Of a stretch of DNA of 46,606 nt, positions 26,964 through 36,799 are shown one piece after another. The DNA comes from Myxococcota bacterium (GTDB lineage: Bacteria > Myxococcota_C > UBA6777). Numbering within the stretch: position 1 is the first letter of the stretch; every line of letters starts with the position of its first letter. The stretch is taken from assembly GCA_023150835.1 (NCBI GenBank), contig JAKLKB010000003.1, positions 1 to 46,606 of the forward strand, written 5' to 3'. The notes beneath the pieces are model-generated. The model was not told the DNA's origin. It worked only from the letters and a program-made list of their open reading frames with translations, and made no database searches. Position numbers and translations under genes: made by a program.

Positions 26964-27140
26964 TCCTATATCGAGGATGACGTCAGCCCCACCAAAAGAA
27001 AAGGTCGATGCAGGCATCTTTTGGCGAATTACCCCTTGCGCTGCTCCGCCAATTTACGCAAGATTCAAACCCACCAAACGCCACTCCGAGAGAACCCAAA
27101 AGTCTACGCAATCCCCTCACTCCAAGCAAAGGAACCCACC

Positions 27141-27920
27141 ATGCAGATATCTTGTCCTAGCTGCAAAAATCCCGTGATGTTCGAAGATATCAATCACAAA
27201 AAACGAATCGCCAAATGCGCTTCTTGTCACGAAGTCTTTCGTTTTTCTGAAGATGACCTCACCACCACAAACTCCTCACACAAAGCCAACGAATTAGACA
27301 CTCCAGACGCCCAAGAAACAAAAGAGGAAAGTCACACAAAAGCCCCTCCAAGATCCGCCGATCCCTCTCAAGAACCCGCATTATTCGCCCTTCCTTCAGG
27401 CGTAACGCTCCAACGCGACGAGCAACAACTGCGCATCCACTGGCGTTGGTATACACCCGTGGCCTATCTCATGGTGTTCATCGGCATCGCTTGGAATGTC
27501 TCCCTGCTCTCGATGATCTGGAAAACATTCAGCGGTGATTTCATTGCTGAAGTCGTTCCGTGTTTTTTTCTTGTCTTTGGTTTCGGCCTAATCTACGCTG
27601 GCATCGTATTCCTCGTCAACGAAACCACGATCAGCGTCCAACACAAAACACTCTCCATCCGCCATACTCCTTTGCCTTGGTCGGGAAATCGTACCTTTTC
27701 TGTTGATGATCTCGAACAATTCTTCTGCAAACAACACATCTGCCGTAAAAAACGCGAAACATCGGTGGGCTACGGACTTTATGCCATCTCACGCAACGGA
27801 AAACAAATCGAGATCCTCAATGGCATCGAAGATCCCGAAAAAGTATGGTTCATCGAGCGAATTCTCGAAGAGCACCTTGGCATCGCCGATCAAAGAGTAT
27901 TCGGCGAATACAAGGGCTAA
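27141..27920 (+). CDS. Zn-ribbon / two-TM hypothetical membrane protein, paralogue 1
   Basis: CPSC...CASC, linker, LRIHWRWY, 2 TM, SIRHTPLPWSGNR, LEQFFCK, LEEHLGI.D..V.GE. Confidence 0.8.
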   Translation: MQISCPSCKNPVMFEDINHKKRIAKCASCHEVFRFSEDDLTTTNSSHKANELDTPDAQETKEESHTKAPPRSADPSQEPALFALPSGVTLQRDEQQLRIHWRWYTPVAYLMVFIGIAWNVSLLSMIWKTFSGDFIAEVVPCFFLVFGFGLIYAGIVFLVNETTISVQHKTLSIRHTPLPWSGNRTFSVDDLEQFFCKQHICRKKRETSVGYGLYAISRNGKQIEILNGIEDPEKVWFIERILEEHLGIADQRVFGEYKG

Positions 27921-28034
27921 TACGAGATCCGCCTGTTGAGTGATCGTAAAAACGTAGGGGCAGCCCCCTGTGGCTGCCCAAGGATAGGGCGTCTGGGCGC
28001 TATCCTTCGAGCACAGATCACTCGGATTTCGTAT
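27920..28034. mobile_element. MITE family B (115 bp) carrying a GTAG REP
   Basis: TIR atacgagatccg/cggatttcgtat; reverse-orientation copy at 41789-41903. Confidence 0.8.
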
Positions 28035-28119
28035 CAGAGGGTGTTTGCGAAATAGCGATATCTTTTGGACTGGTACACAGAAACATCGGAGGAATGGACG
28101 TCTTGTGATGTCCCCTCTT

Positions 28120-28259
28120 ATACGAAATCCGCCCGTTGAGTTATCGTAAAAATGTAGGGGCAGACAGGTGTGGCTGCCCAACCATCGGGCGGTTCGCGAA
28201 CCGCCCCTACATCATGCGATCATACATGACGCGGAGATATCGCGTTCAGATCTCGCTAT
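28120..28259. mobile_element. Degenerate MITE family B copy with an inverted pair of REPs
   Basis: atacgaaatccgcccgttgag...gtaggggcagacaggtgtggctgccc...gggcggttcgcgaaccgcccctac...agatctcgctat. Confidence 0.65.
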
Positions 28260-28285
28260 GTTAGACACCCTCTAACCGATATCAC

Positions 28286-28330
28286 GCTCGCATCGCCGAT
28301 CAAAAAGTATTCGGCGAATACAAGCGCCGA
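28286..28330 (+). pseudogene. 3'-end relic of a Zn-ribbon paralogue
   Basis: gcatcgccgatcaaaaagtattcggcgaatacaag nearly identical to the end of paralogue 1 (about 27880-27914). Confidence 0.65.
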
Positions 28331-28397
28331 TCGGCTCGACATCGAAAAAGAAACCCCCAAAGGACGAAGCAACCCACTCCAAGCAAAGGAATCCACC

Positions 28398-29243
28398 ATG
28401 CATCTCTCTTGTCCTAGTTGCAAAAATACCGTGATATCCGAAGATATCAACATCAACAAAATGATCGCCAAATGTGCTTCTTGCCAAGCCGTCTTTCGTT
28501 TTTCCGAAGACGACCTCGCCACCGCAAGCTCCCAACATAACACCAACGACCAAGAAGCCCCCATCAAGGAAGAAAGCACGGGTAGAGAACACAGTACAGA
28601 CTCGAATGACCCATCCCAAAAACGCCCCCAAGAACCCATGGTTGGGTTGTTTTGGTTGTCAGGCTTGATCGACTTATTTCAAAAATACCTCCAAGAGCCC
28701 GCCCAACCCGACGTCCTCGCAGGCGTAACGTTCCAACGTGACGAGCAACACCTGCGCATCCACTGGCGTTGGTTTCGGCCTGCCGCTTACTTCGTGGCGG
28801 GCGTTAGCTTGTTTGTGAACCTTTTCTTGATCTCTTGGATGAGAAACGTTGTGGGGAGTGGTTTGGGGGAAATCCTGTTTTCGTTACCTTTTTGTGTGGC
28901 GGGCGGGGGCCTTATCTTCTTGACCCTCGCTCTCTTCCTCAACGAAACCACCGTGACCGTCCAACACGGAAAACTCTCCATCCGCCACGCCCCGTTGCCT
29001 TGGTGGGGCAATCGCACCCTTCCCATCGAGGATCTCGAACAACTCTTCTGCAAAAAAAATCTCACACACAGCAAAGACGGTAAAACAGGCTTCTACGAAC
29101 TTCACGCCATCTTGCGCAACGGACAACAGATCACTCTACTTCAATACCACGAAGAACCCGAAAAAGTCTTATTCATCGAACAACTTCTCGAAGAACACCT
29201 CGGCATCGTCGATCAACCTGTACTCGGCGAATACAAGGGCTGA
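28398..29243 (+). CDS. Zn-ribbon / two-TM hypothetical membrane protein, paralogue 2
   Basis: CPSC...CASC; same domain order and C-terminal LEEHLGIVDQPVLGEYKG. Confidence 0.8.
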   Translation: MHLSCPSCKNTVISEDININKMIAKCASCQAVFRFSEDDLATASSQHNTNDQEAPIKEESTGREHSTDSNDPSQKRPQEPMVGLFWLSGLIDLFQKYLQEPAQPDVLAGVTFQRDEQHLRIHWRWFRPAAYFVAGVSLFVNLFLISWMRNVVGSGLGEILFSLPFCVAGGGLIFLTLALFLNETTVTVQHGKLSIRHAPLPWWGNRTLPIEDLEQLFCKKNLTHSKDGKTGFYELHAILRNGQQITLLQYHEEPEKVLFIEQLLEEHLGIVDQPVLGEYKG

Positions 29244-29332
29244 TCGGCTCAATGCCCAGCAGAGACAGTCTAGAACAAACAAAACCCTACATCTCCCGCA
29301 ATTTCCCCTCAATCCAAGCAAAGGAGCCCACC

Positions 29333-30139
29333 ATGCAGATCTTCTGCCCCCACTGCAAAAATCCGATCAATTCTGAAGGCATCAACCTTGACAGGCTGAT
29401 CGCTAAATGTACTTCTTGCCGTGCTGTCTTTCGTTTTTCCGAAGACGAACTCGCCACGACAAGCCCCGAACGCGATGACAACAACCCAAAGCCTACCACG
29501 GCTCAAGACACAGAAGAAAACAGCCTCAGAAAAGGCCCTATCAACCGCCCTCAAAGACGTTCTCCTCGTATCCAAGAGCCGATCCCCCTCGATGTTCCCG
29601 AAGGCATGACGCTGCAACACGACGAACATTCTCTGCGTGTCCGTTGGCGCTGGTTTACGTTTGAAGCGAGCGCTGTCGCGCTTGTTTGCGCGCTCTTCGT
29701 CGGCGCGGCTCTGGCCCTCTACAACGAAACCAAGTCGAGTTACGCGTATGACTCTCTCTGGCCCATTCTGTTCTTAATCCTGTGCTTTCTCGGCGTAAGC
29801 ATGGCCCTTTTGTACTACTCTCTCGCACTTCTCATCAACGCCACCACCCTCACCATCCAAAACGGGCTGTTGTCTATCCAGCACGCCCCTTTGCCTTGGT
29901 GGGGCAACCGCACCCTTCCTGCCGAAGAATTCGAGCAGTTCTACTGCAAACAACGTGTCTCCCGCGGGAAATACCGCCTGTTCTTTACCTACGAACTCCA
30001 CGCCATCTTGCGCAAAAAACAACGAATTAAACTTCTCTCGGGAATAAGTGAGATAGAAAAAGTCTTATTTCTCGAACGACTCATCGAAGATCATCTCGGC
30101 ATTGTCGATCGACCTGTACTCGGTGAATTAGAACCTTGA
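29333..30139 (+). CDS. Zn-ribbon / two-TM hypothetical membrane protein, paralogue 3
   Basis: CPHC...CTSC; same leader tccaagcaaaggagcccaccATG; IEDHLGIVDRPVLGE. Confidence 0.8.
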   Translation: MQIFCPHCKNPINSEGINLDRLIAKCTSCRAVFRFSEDELATTSPERDDNNPKPTTAQDTEENSLRKGPINRPQRRSPRIQEPIPLDVPEGMTLQHDEHSLRVRWRWFTFEASAVALVCALFVGAALALYNETKSSYAYDSLWPILFLILCFLGVSMALLYYSLALLINATTLTIQNGLLSIQHAPLPWWGNRTLPAEEFEQFYCKQRVSRGKYRLFFTYELHAILRKKQRIKLLSGISEIEKVLFLERLIEDHLGIVDRPVLGELEP

Positions 30140-30286
30140 GCGGCAAGCCAAGTTCTACACAAGCTAAAGAAAGCACAGCAGGCACAATGCAACACCTTTG
30201 TCCGATCTGCAAAACTCCCATGCGCCCCAAGATATCAACCCAGAGAAACAAACCGCACTTTTCCTAACGGCAACCAGACGGCACTC

Positions 30287-30390
30287 TTGGAAGGGGCGGA
30301 CGATCCTCAAATGATCCATTTCGTGAAATCGGTACTCGACGAACATCTCGATATCACCGATACGCCCGCACCCGACGAACACAAGGGCCG
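30287..30390 (+). pseudogene. C-terminal relic of a further Zn-ribbon paralogue
   Basis: EGADDPQMIHFVKSVLDEHLDITDTPAPDEHKG aligns by eye with GIEDPEKVWFIERILEEHLGIADQRVFGEYKG. Confidence 0.55.
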
Positions 30391-30543
30391 ATCAACCCAA
30401 CGCTCGTTTGAATTGGACGATCGCTCCCGCGCCTCTTGCCAAGTTCACGTTTCGGCCTATGCTCAAACACCAACACGCGAAAGGCCGCGTTGACAAGAAG
30501 ACAACAGCTTCTTGCCAACGTCGCCTTTCCACATAATTACCGA

Positions 30544-30659
30544 TAGGACTTACGCAGTTGAAAAGGGAAACCCTGAGATATCAGAACGTTGTAGGGGCGG
30601 TTTGCGAACCGCCCACGCCCGAACATGGGCCTTTTTCGTATCGAACTGCGTAAGTCCTA
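30544..30659. mobile_element. MITE family A, 116-bp REP-carrying form
   Basis: Perfect TIR taggacttacgcagtt/aactgcgtaagtccta; exact 6-bp duplication TACCGA (30538-43, 30660-65). Confidence 0.9.
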
Positions 30660-30687
30660 TACCGATAAAAATAAAGGAAACGATCGG

Positions 30688-33531
30688 ATGAAACTGACTT
30701 TTTTGGGCGGTGCAGACGAAGTGGGAGCTTCTTGTACGCTGGTGGAGATCGCAGGAAAGCGGATCTTGGTGGATTGCGGCATCCGTATGAATCCACGTGA
30801 TGGCGATAGCCTACCGTGGCTTGCGCCGATCCAAGAGGGCGGTGGATTGGACGCGATCATCCTGACTCATGCGCACATGGATCACCTTGGCGCGATGCCG
30901 ATTATCCACCAAAGCTATCCCAACGTGCCGATTTATATGACTCCTCCGACGGTTGCCCTTTCGCAGATCCTTTTGCTCGACTCGCTCAAGATCATGCAAG
31001 GCAACTACGAGCGCGAAGGCGATATCCCCTTGTATCCGCCAAATGCCGCCGAAGGACTCTTGCAACAAGCGCGTCCCGTACACATGAAACAAGAGCTTCG
31101 GCTTTTTGATGGGAAACTGTCCGTCTTTTTCTTTCCTGCGGGCCATATCCTCGGAGCAGCCTGTGTCTACCTCGTTTCCAAAGAAGGCTCGATCTTGATG
31201 GGCGGCGATATCTCTTGCACCGACCAACTCACCATCCCCGGCCTCGAACTCCCCAAGATCCGCCCCGATGTTGTCGTCATGGAGTCCACTTACGGGGGAC
31301 GTTTGCACGCCAACCGCAAGGCCGAAGAAACACGCATCATCCAGCAAGTCCAAAAAGTCCTCGAACAAAAAGGAGCCATCCTCTTTCCCGCTTTTGCCAT
31401 CGGACGGGCGCAAGAGGTGATCTTGATCTTGTCGCGTGCGATGGAAAAAAAGCAGATCCCCGAAGCACCGATCTTTATCGACGGTATGGTCAAGCAAGTC
31501 TGCGGCATCTACCGCTCTTTCCCCGAATACTTGACCTCGTGGATGAAAAAGCGCACCGAGCGGCTCAGCGATCCCTTCTTCTTTGAAAAAGGTGCGGCGA
31601 TCCCCGTCTATTCGCCCCAAGAGCGCGAAAAAGCCGCCAAGCTCCGTCCTGCGATCTTTGTCTCTAGTTCAGGGATGCTCACAGGCGGTCCAAGCCCCTT
31701 TTACGCAAGCGAACTCGCCGAACACGAAAACTGCTGGATCGGCATCACAGGCTACCAAGACGAAGAAGCCCCGGGCCGTCGTATCCAAGAAGTCTTCAGC
31801 GCAGGAGGCGGCGAACTCGACCTGTACGGAAAGCGCGTCAAACTTCGCTGTGGCGTCGGCACATACGGACTCAGCGCACACGCAGATACCTCGCAGATCG
31901 TTTCTGTGCTCCATGCCCTCGCACCCCGCGAGATCTTCTTGGTTCACGGAGATGAAAAGGCCCGTGAAGCCCTTCAAACGGCCTTGATCCAAGCAGGAAC
32001 CGAAAACGTCCACCTCCCCCACATCGGCGAAGAAAACGAACTCAAGGGGACGGCAGGGGGATATCTTTGGCGAGAACGCCGCCAACATCACCCTGCCTAC
32101 AAAGCTGCCGCCGAAAAAGCCCGTACAGGCCGCGATGCCGAGATCGAGTCAGGACCGCTCACCCACGCCAGTCTACTCCCACTCTCCACCCTCTTGCTCC
32201 AACGCGACGGCGCAAACCGCGCTTACACCGCAACCGAAGCGATGGAAGCATGGGGCTACCCTCCCGCCGCCATCACCAAAGCCGAAGTCGAGCGCATCAA
32301 CGAACTCTTGCGCGCCCCCGACGCTCCCTTCCGCGCTGACCGCAGCAACAAATACCTCTTCCGTGTCCGCGTCTTCCAAAACGACCCGCGCACCGCCATC
32401 GACAAAGCCAACGAAGCCTTCGATCACCTCGAACAAGCCCAAGCCCCCTCAAAAACCACGCTCCCCAAACCTTCACAAAACGCCGATCCATCGGCATCAC
32501 ACGAAACCATCTCCCAACGCCACACCCCTCCAACTGTCCGCCTCCCCCACAACAAGCGCAAAACCACCGCCCCCGCATCCCCCCTAGACATCGACCAATC
32601 CGACGATCTCCCCTCCAAACCTCTCCCCCAAGCCCGCGTGCTTCAAATCGTCGACGAACTCTTCCCGCCCCAAACCACCCTCTACAAACGCAGCATCACA
32701 CCCGGTCTTGATTGCATCACCCTCGCCTTTCACTTCCCACACACCGCCCAGCGCGTCTACCAAACCCAACTCCAACAACTCCGCGATCGCACCCGTTGGG
32801 CTGTCCAACTCCGTCCCCAACCCCACCTCCAAGCCCTCCAAGAAAAAGCCCTCGAACTCCTTGCGGGCCGATGGACTTTCGAGGGATCGATCCCTGTCCA
32901 CCTCGATCGCCTTGCGATCGTCTTGCCGATTACTGTACTCCCCGAACAACACGAAGACTTCGCCGCCATCCAACGCCAATTCACCCAAGAAACGGGCTTT
33001 TCTCTCGAAGCCAAAGACTACGTTGGACTTCTCCCACCTTCTCTTTCACCCACCTCTCTTTCTCACGAAGAACAACTCCACGGACTCCCCCAGTCCTCGG
33101 GCGCGATCCGTCTGGCGGTCGCCCAAAAAATGGAGATCAACGCCGCCTACCAGCACATCCGCGATACCTTTGCCTCCTTGCCACACAAACCCTACAAGAT
33201 CGGTCTAAAAGGAGGAACCTTTATCGAACTCGCCTTTGTTACTCCCAAAGTCGGCGCATTGTACCGAAATAAACTGGATCAAATTCAAGAAGAGATCGGT
33301 CGCATCATCCGTATTTATCCCCAAGCCAATCAGCACGAACTCAAAGGGCTTGCGCGACGCTTGCTTCCTGCTCCTTGGAACACCTTTCTCGCCAAAGAAC
33401 CCCAATACACGCACGGTCAAGACGTGATCCGTGTCGTCATGACTAGCGCCCCGCCTACCGAGATCCAAACCCTTGCCCAAAAACAATTTTACGAACAGAC
33501 GCTTTTTAAGTTAATCTTCTCCCTACGCTAA
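30688..33531 (+). CDS. beta-CASP MBL-fold ribonuclease (CPSF73/YSH1-like) with a long C-terminal extension
   Basis: FLGGADEVGASC, LVDCG, THAHMDH, AGHILG, GD, ESTYG, PAFAIGRAQE, SSGMLTGG, GYQDEE, SAHAD, VHG. Confidence 0.9.
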   Translation: MKLTFLGGADEVGASCTLVEIAGKRILVDCGIRMNPRDGDSLPWLAPIQEGGGLDAIILTHAHMDHLGAMPIIHQSYPNVPIYMTPPTVALSQILLLDSLKIMQGNYEREGDIPLYPPNAAEGLLQQARPVHMKQELRLFDGKLSVFFFPAGHILGAACVYLVSKEGSILMGGDISCTDQLTIPGLELPKIRPDVVVMESTYGGRLHANRKAEETRIIQQVQKVLEQKGAILFPAFAIGRAQEVILILSRAMEKKQIPEAPIFIDGMVKQVCGIYRSFPEYLTSWMKKRTERLSDPFFFEKGAAIPVYSPQEREKAAKLRPAIFVSSSGMLTGGPSPFYASELAEHENCWIGITGYQDEEAPGRRIQEVFSAGGGELDLYGKRVKLRCGVGTYGLSAHADTSQIVSVLHALAPREIFLVHGDEKAREALQTALIQAGTENVHLPHIGEENELKGTAGGYLWRERRQHHPAYKAAAEKARTGRDAEIESGPLTHASLLPLSTLLLQRDGANRAYTATEAMEAWGYPPAAITKAEVERINELLRAPDAPFRADRSNKYLFRVRVFQNDPRTAIDKANEAFDHLEQAQAPSKTTLPKPSQNADPSASHETISQRHTPPTVRLPHNKRKTTAPASPLDIDQSDDLPSKPLPQARVLQIVDELFPPQTTLYKRSITPGLDCITLAFHFPHTAQRVYQTQLQQLRDRTRWAVQLRPQPHLQALQEKALELLAGRWTFEGSIPVHLDRLAIVLPITVLPEQHEDFAAIQRQFTQETGFSLEAKDYVGLLPPSLSPTSLSHEEQLHGLPQSSGAIRLAVAQKMEINAAYQHIRDTFASLPHKPYKIGLKGGTFIELAFVTPKVGALYRNKLDQIQEEIGRIIRIYPQANQHELKGLARRLLPAPWNTFLAKEPQYTHGQDVIRVVMTSAPPTEIQTLAQKQFYEQTLFKLIFSLR

Positions 33532-33643
33532 AAGCAGCCGACACGACAGCAGCGAGTCGCTGACAAAACCCCCGTGTTCGCGAGGCTTCAAGCGGAGCCA
33601 TCCTTTTATCCAACTGCGTCGATTTTGAGAGGGAGAAACCACA

Positions 33644-34843
33644 ATGCGAATTTTGTATGGCGTCGTCGGCGAAGGCATGGGCCACGCCACCCGTAGCAAG
33701 GTGGCTTTGACACACCTACTCTCCAAAGGACACGATATCGAGGTCGTGGTCTCGGGCAAAGCACACAAGTTTCTCCAAGATAGTTTCGCACAACACCCGC
33801 GCATCCGCATCCGTGAGATCCAAGGACTCACACTCGCCTTTCGGGAAAATGAGATGGATCTCGGTGGAACCGTCCTCGAAAACCTACTCAAAGCCCCCAG
33901 TAGCCTGCTGCACAACAGCCTCACCTACCTTGAGATGCAGTTCGACGGCTTCCAACCACAGGCCGTCATCAGCGACTTTGAGTCATGGGCCTACCTCTAC
34001 GCCGCCAACCACATGATCCCTTTTATCGGCATCGACAACCAACAAGTCATCAACCGTTGCGCTCACAACACCTACATCACCAACGACAACAGCCCCGAAT
34101 ACTGGATGACCAAGATCTTTACCAAGGCCAAACTGCCGGGCGCTTACCATTACCTCGCCACCAGCTTTTTCTTCCCACCCGTCAAAAAACCCCGCACCAC
34201 CTTGATCCCGCCGATCTTGCGACCCGAGATCCTCCAAGCCCAACGCGACCCCCACGATCACATCCTTGTCTATCCTTCCGCTGCTCTCCGAGGGCAGATC
34301 GTCCCGATTCTCCGCGATCTTCCCTACAACTTCCGCGTCTACGGTATGCCCGAAGCCAAGCAAGACGGCAACGTCCAACAGCAGCCCTTTTCCCAAACAG
34401 GCTTCATCGAAGACTTTCGCACCGCTCGCGCTGTGATCGCAGGTGGCGGATACTCCATGATGGGCGAAGCTGTCCACCTGCACGTCCCTATGTTTGCCGT
34501 CCCGATCAAAGGCCAGTACGAACAAGAGATCAACGTCCGCTATCTCAAACAGCTCGGTTATGGCGACTGGAGCTTCCAGATCGAACGCGACCGCCTCGCT
34601 CGCTTCCTTGATGATGTCCCTCGCTACACACAAAACCTCCAACGCCGCTACGTCCCCCGCGACAATCAAATGCTCTTTGGCTGCCTCGATGAACTCCTTC
34701 ACGCCATCTCTCTCAACGAACCTCCCCCCGCCACGCTCCAAAGCCCCGCCATGCGCAAATACCAAGGCCCCCTTCTTCCCGAAGAAAAATCAGGCGATAT
34801 CCCTTGGGATGAGATCGCCAACCCCTTGCTCGACACACCCTAA
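33644..34843 (+). CDS. GT-B glycosyltransferase, MJ1255/VC2487 (TIGR00661-like) family
   Basis: MRILYGVVGEGMGHATRS, VISDFES, IDNQ, PPILRPEI, GGGYSMMGEA, GQYEQEIN. Confidence 0.88.
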   Translation: MRILYGVVGEGMGHATRSKVALTHLLSKGHDIEVVVSGKAHKFLQDSFAQHPRIRIREIQGLTLAFRENEMDLGGTVLENLLKAPSSLLHNSLTYLEMQFDGFQPQAVISDFESWAYLYAANHMIPFIGIDNQQVINRCAHNTYITNDNSPEYWMTKIFTKAKLPGAYHYLATSFFFPPVKKPRTTLIPPILRPEILQAQRDPHDHILVYPSAALRGQIVPILRDLPYNFRVYGMPEAKQDGNVQQQPFSQTGFIEDFRTARAVIAGGGYSMMGEAVHLHVPMFAVPIKGQYEQEINVRYLKQLGYGDWSFQIERDRLARFLDDVPRYTQNLQRRYVPRDNQMLFGCLDELLHAISLNEPPPATLQSPAMRKYQGPLLPEEKSGDIPWDEIANPLLDTP

Positions 34844-34857
34844 TTCTTCACTTCACA

Positions 34858-35020
34858 CAGGACTTTTGCTGTCAAACCCATGCGGTGGGGCGTTGCCCCA
34901 CGCCCCACAAGGGAGCGCGGCTCCCTTGACCCCGTATTGGCTGGACAAGCAGACGTTTTTCAAGCCAACGACGCTGCCGCTTGAACCTCCACGAACACGG
35001 CTTTTTTGGCGGCAAGTGAC
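34858..35020. mobile_element. MITE family A, ~170-bp form with degenerate ends
   Basis: caggactttt...ggggcgttgccccacgccccacaagggagcgcggctcccttgacccc...gaacacggcttttttgg. Confidence 0.75.
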
Positions 35021-35044
35021 ACTCCTTCACACAGGACGAACTCC

Positions 35045-36769
35045 ATGTCTCAACCTTCTTCGACAGCACCTACGCTTTTTTCCCGTGGCGACGTCAACGG
35101 ATTTTGGGCGCTTTTTGCCGACAACCTCGCCAACATGGTCATCATCAGCAGTATCTGTCTGGGCGTCTTTCAGATCCCCCACGCGATCGTCTTTGGTCGG
35201 ATCTTGCCGGGCTTAGGCGTTGCTCTCTTGGTGGGCCTTGCCTTTTACGCGTACCTTGCGCGGCGTCTCGCCGCCAAAGAGGGCCGCACAGACGTTACCG
35301 CCCTTCCTTACGGCATCTCCACACCTGTCCTCTTTGTTTACCTCTTCGGCGTGATGATGCCTGCCTATCTTGTGGGCTTAAAGGCAGGACTCCCCGCCAA
35401 AGACGCTGGCACCCAAGCATGGCAGATCGCGATGGCCGCCGCGCTTGTCGGTGGAATCATCGAAGCATCGGGGGCTTTGATCGGACCCTACCTCAAACGC
35501 ATCACTCCTCGCGCTGGAATGCTCGGAACTCTCGCAGGGATCGCGCTTGTTTATATCGCAACCGTCCCGCTCGCCGAGATCATGGAACACCCGCTTATCG
35601 GCTTTCCTGCGCTGATCATCGTCTTGATCGGACTGGTCGCTCATTACCGCCTACCTGCGGGTATTCCTGCCGGCTTGCTCGCTATCCTTGTTGGCGTTGT
35701 GATGGCCGCCGCTACGGGCCAGATCAAACCACCCACCCCAAACCAACCCACCCTCAGCTTACATCTGCCCTTTCCACTCTTTGACGACCTGATCATCGGC
35801 CTGCGCCTGTTGTTTGTGCAATTCCCCGCGCTGCTTTTGGCGATCATCCCGATCGAGATCTACAACTTCATCGAAACCATGAACAACGTCGAAAGTGCCG
35901 AAGCTGCGGGCGATCACTATCCTGTCCGAACCTGCCAATGGATGGACGGCGTCGGAACGATGGCCGGCGCGCTGTTTGGCGGGCCTTTCCCTACCACCGT
36001 ATACATCGGACATCCCGCTTACAAACGCCTCGGCGCTCGCAGCGGTTATGCACTCGCGGTCGGTCTCGTCTTTTTTCTGATCTCGATCTTCGGACTGATG
36101 GATCTTTTTCATCGATGGATTCCCGTCGCAGCCGTCGCTCCGATGCTTGTCTTTGTCGGCATCACCATCGCAGGGCAAGCCTTCCAAGCCGTCCCTGCAC
36201 GCCATGCTGTCGCCGTGGCCTTCGCCTTGATCCCTCACGTCTCCGATATCCTTGTCAAACGCATGGGCGGCGTCTTGCGCGAAACCAGCGGATGGCTCGC
36301 TCATCCCTCTGTCCCTGCGCTCCAAACCAAACTCGATGCCCTTCGCTCCGAAGCCCTTCATCCAGAACTCTTACAGCGCTTCCTCCAAAATGGCTATATC
36401 CACTACGAGGGCCAACTGATGCTCTCCAAAGGAGCTATCCTCGTCGGCCTGTTGTGGGGGAGCATCGTCGCTTTCCTCATCGACCGCAAAACCCACGAAG
36501 CAGCCGCCTTTTGCTTTGCTGCCGCTGCACTCACATTCTTTGGCATCATCCATATCCCCCAAGGCTTCGGCTTTTACCCCACACATCCCCTCGTCTACAG
36601 CTATCTGTTGCTTGCCCTCTGTTCCCTCGGACTGCGCTTCCTCCCCGAAGAACCCGCACCCGACACTCACGCCAACGAACCCCCTCCAAATCCCAAAAAT
36701 CGCCCTCCCAAAAATCGCCCTCCCAAAAATCGCCCTCCCAAAAATCGCCCTCCCAAAAATCGCCCTTGA
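35045..36769 (+). CDS. NCS2/AzgA-like nucleobase permease
   Basis: GDVNGFWALFADNL, DVTALPYGISTP, IETMNNVESAEAAGDHY, FPTTVYIGHPAYKRLGAR; many TM segments. Confidence 0.85.
   Translation: MSQPSSTAPTLFSRGDVNGFWALFADNLANMVIISSICLGVFQIPHAIVFGRILPGLGVALLVGLAFYAYLARRLAAKEGRTDVTALPYGISTPVLFVYLFGVMMPAYLVGLKAGLPAKDAGTQAWQIAMAAALVGGIIEASGALIGPYLKRITPRAGMLGTLAGIALVYIATVPLAEIMEHPLIGFPALIIVLIGLVAHYRLPAGIPAGLLAILVGVVMAAATGQIKPPTPNQPTLSLHLPFPLFDDLIIGLRLLFVQFPALLLAIIPIEIYNFIETMNNVESAEAAGDHYPVRTCQWMDGVGTMAGALFGGPFPTTVYIGHPAYKRLGARSGYALAVGLVFFLISIFGLMDLFHRWIPVAAVAPMLVFVGITIAGQAFQAVPARHAVAVAFALIPHVSDILVKRMGGVLRETSGWLAHPSVPALQTKLDALRSEALHPELLQRFLQNGYIHYEGQLMLSKGAILVGLLWGSIVAFLIDRKTHEAAAFCFAAAALTFFGIIHIPQGFGFYPTHPLVYSYLLLALCSLGLRFLPEEPAPDTHANEPPPNPKNRPPKNRPPKNRPPKNRPPKNRP
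36691..36765 (+). repeat. Perfect 15-bp tandem repeat x5 (PKNRP) ending at the stop codon
   Basis: tcccaaaaatcgccc x5. Confidence 0.95.
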
Positions 36770-36799
36770 TTCGAGGCTTTCAGAGGTTCGGATCGAGTC

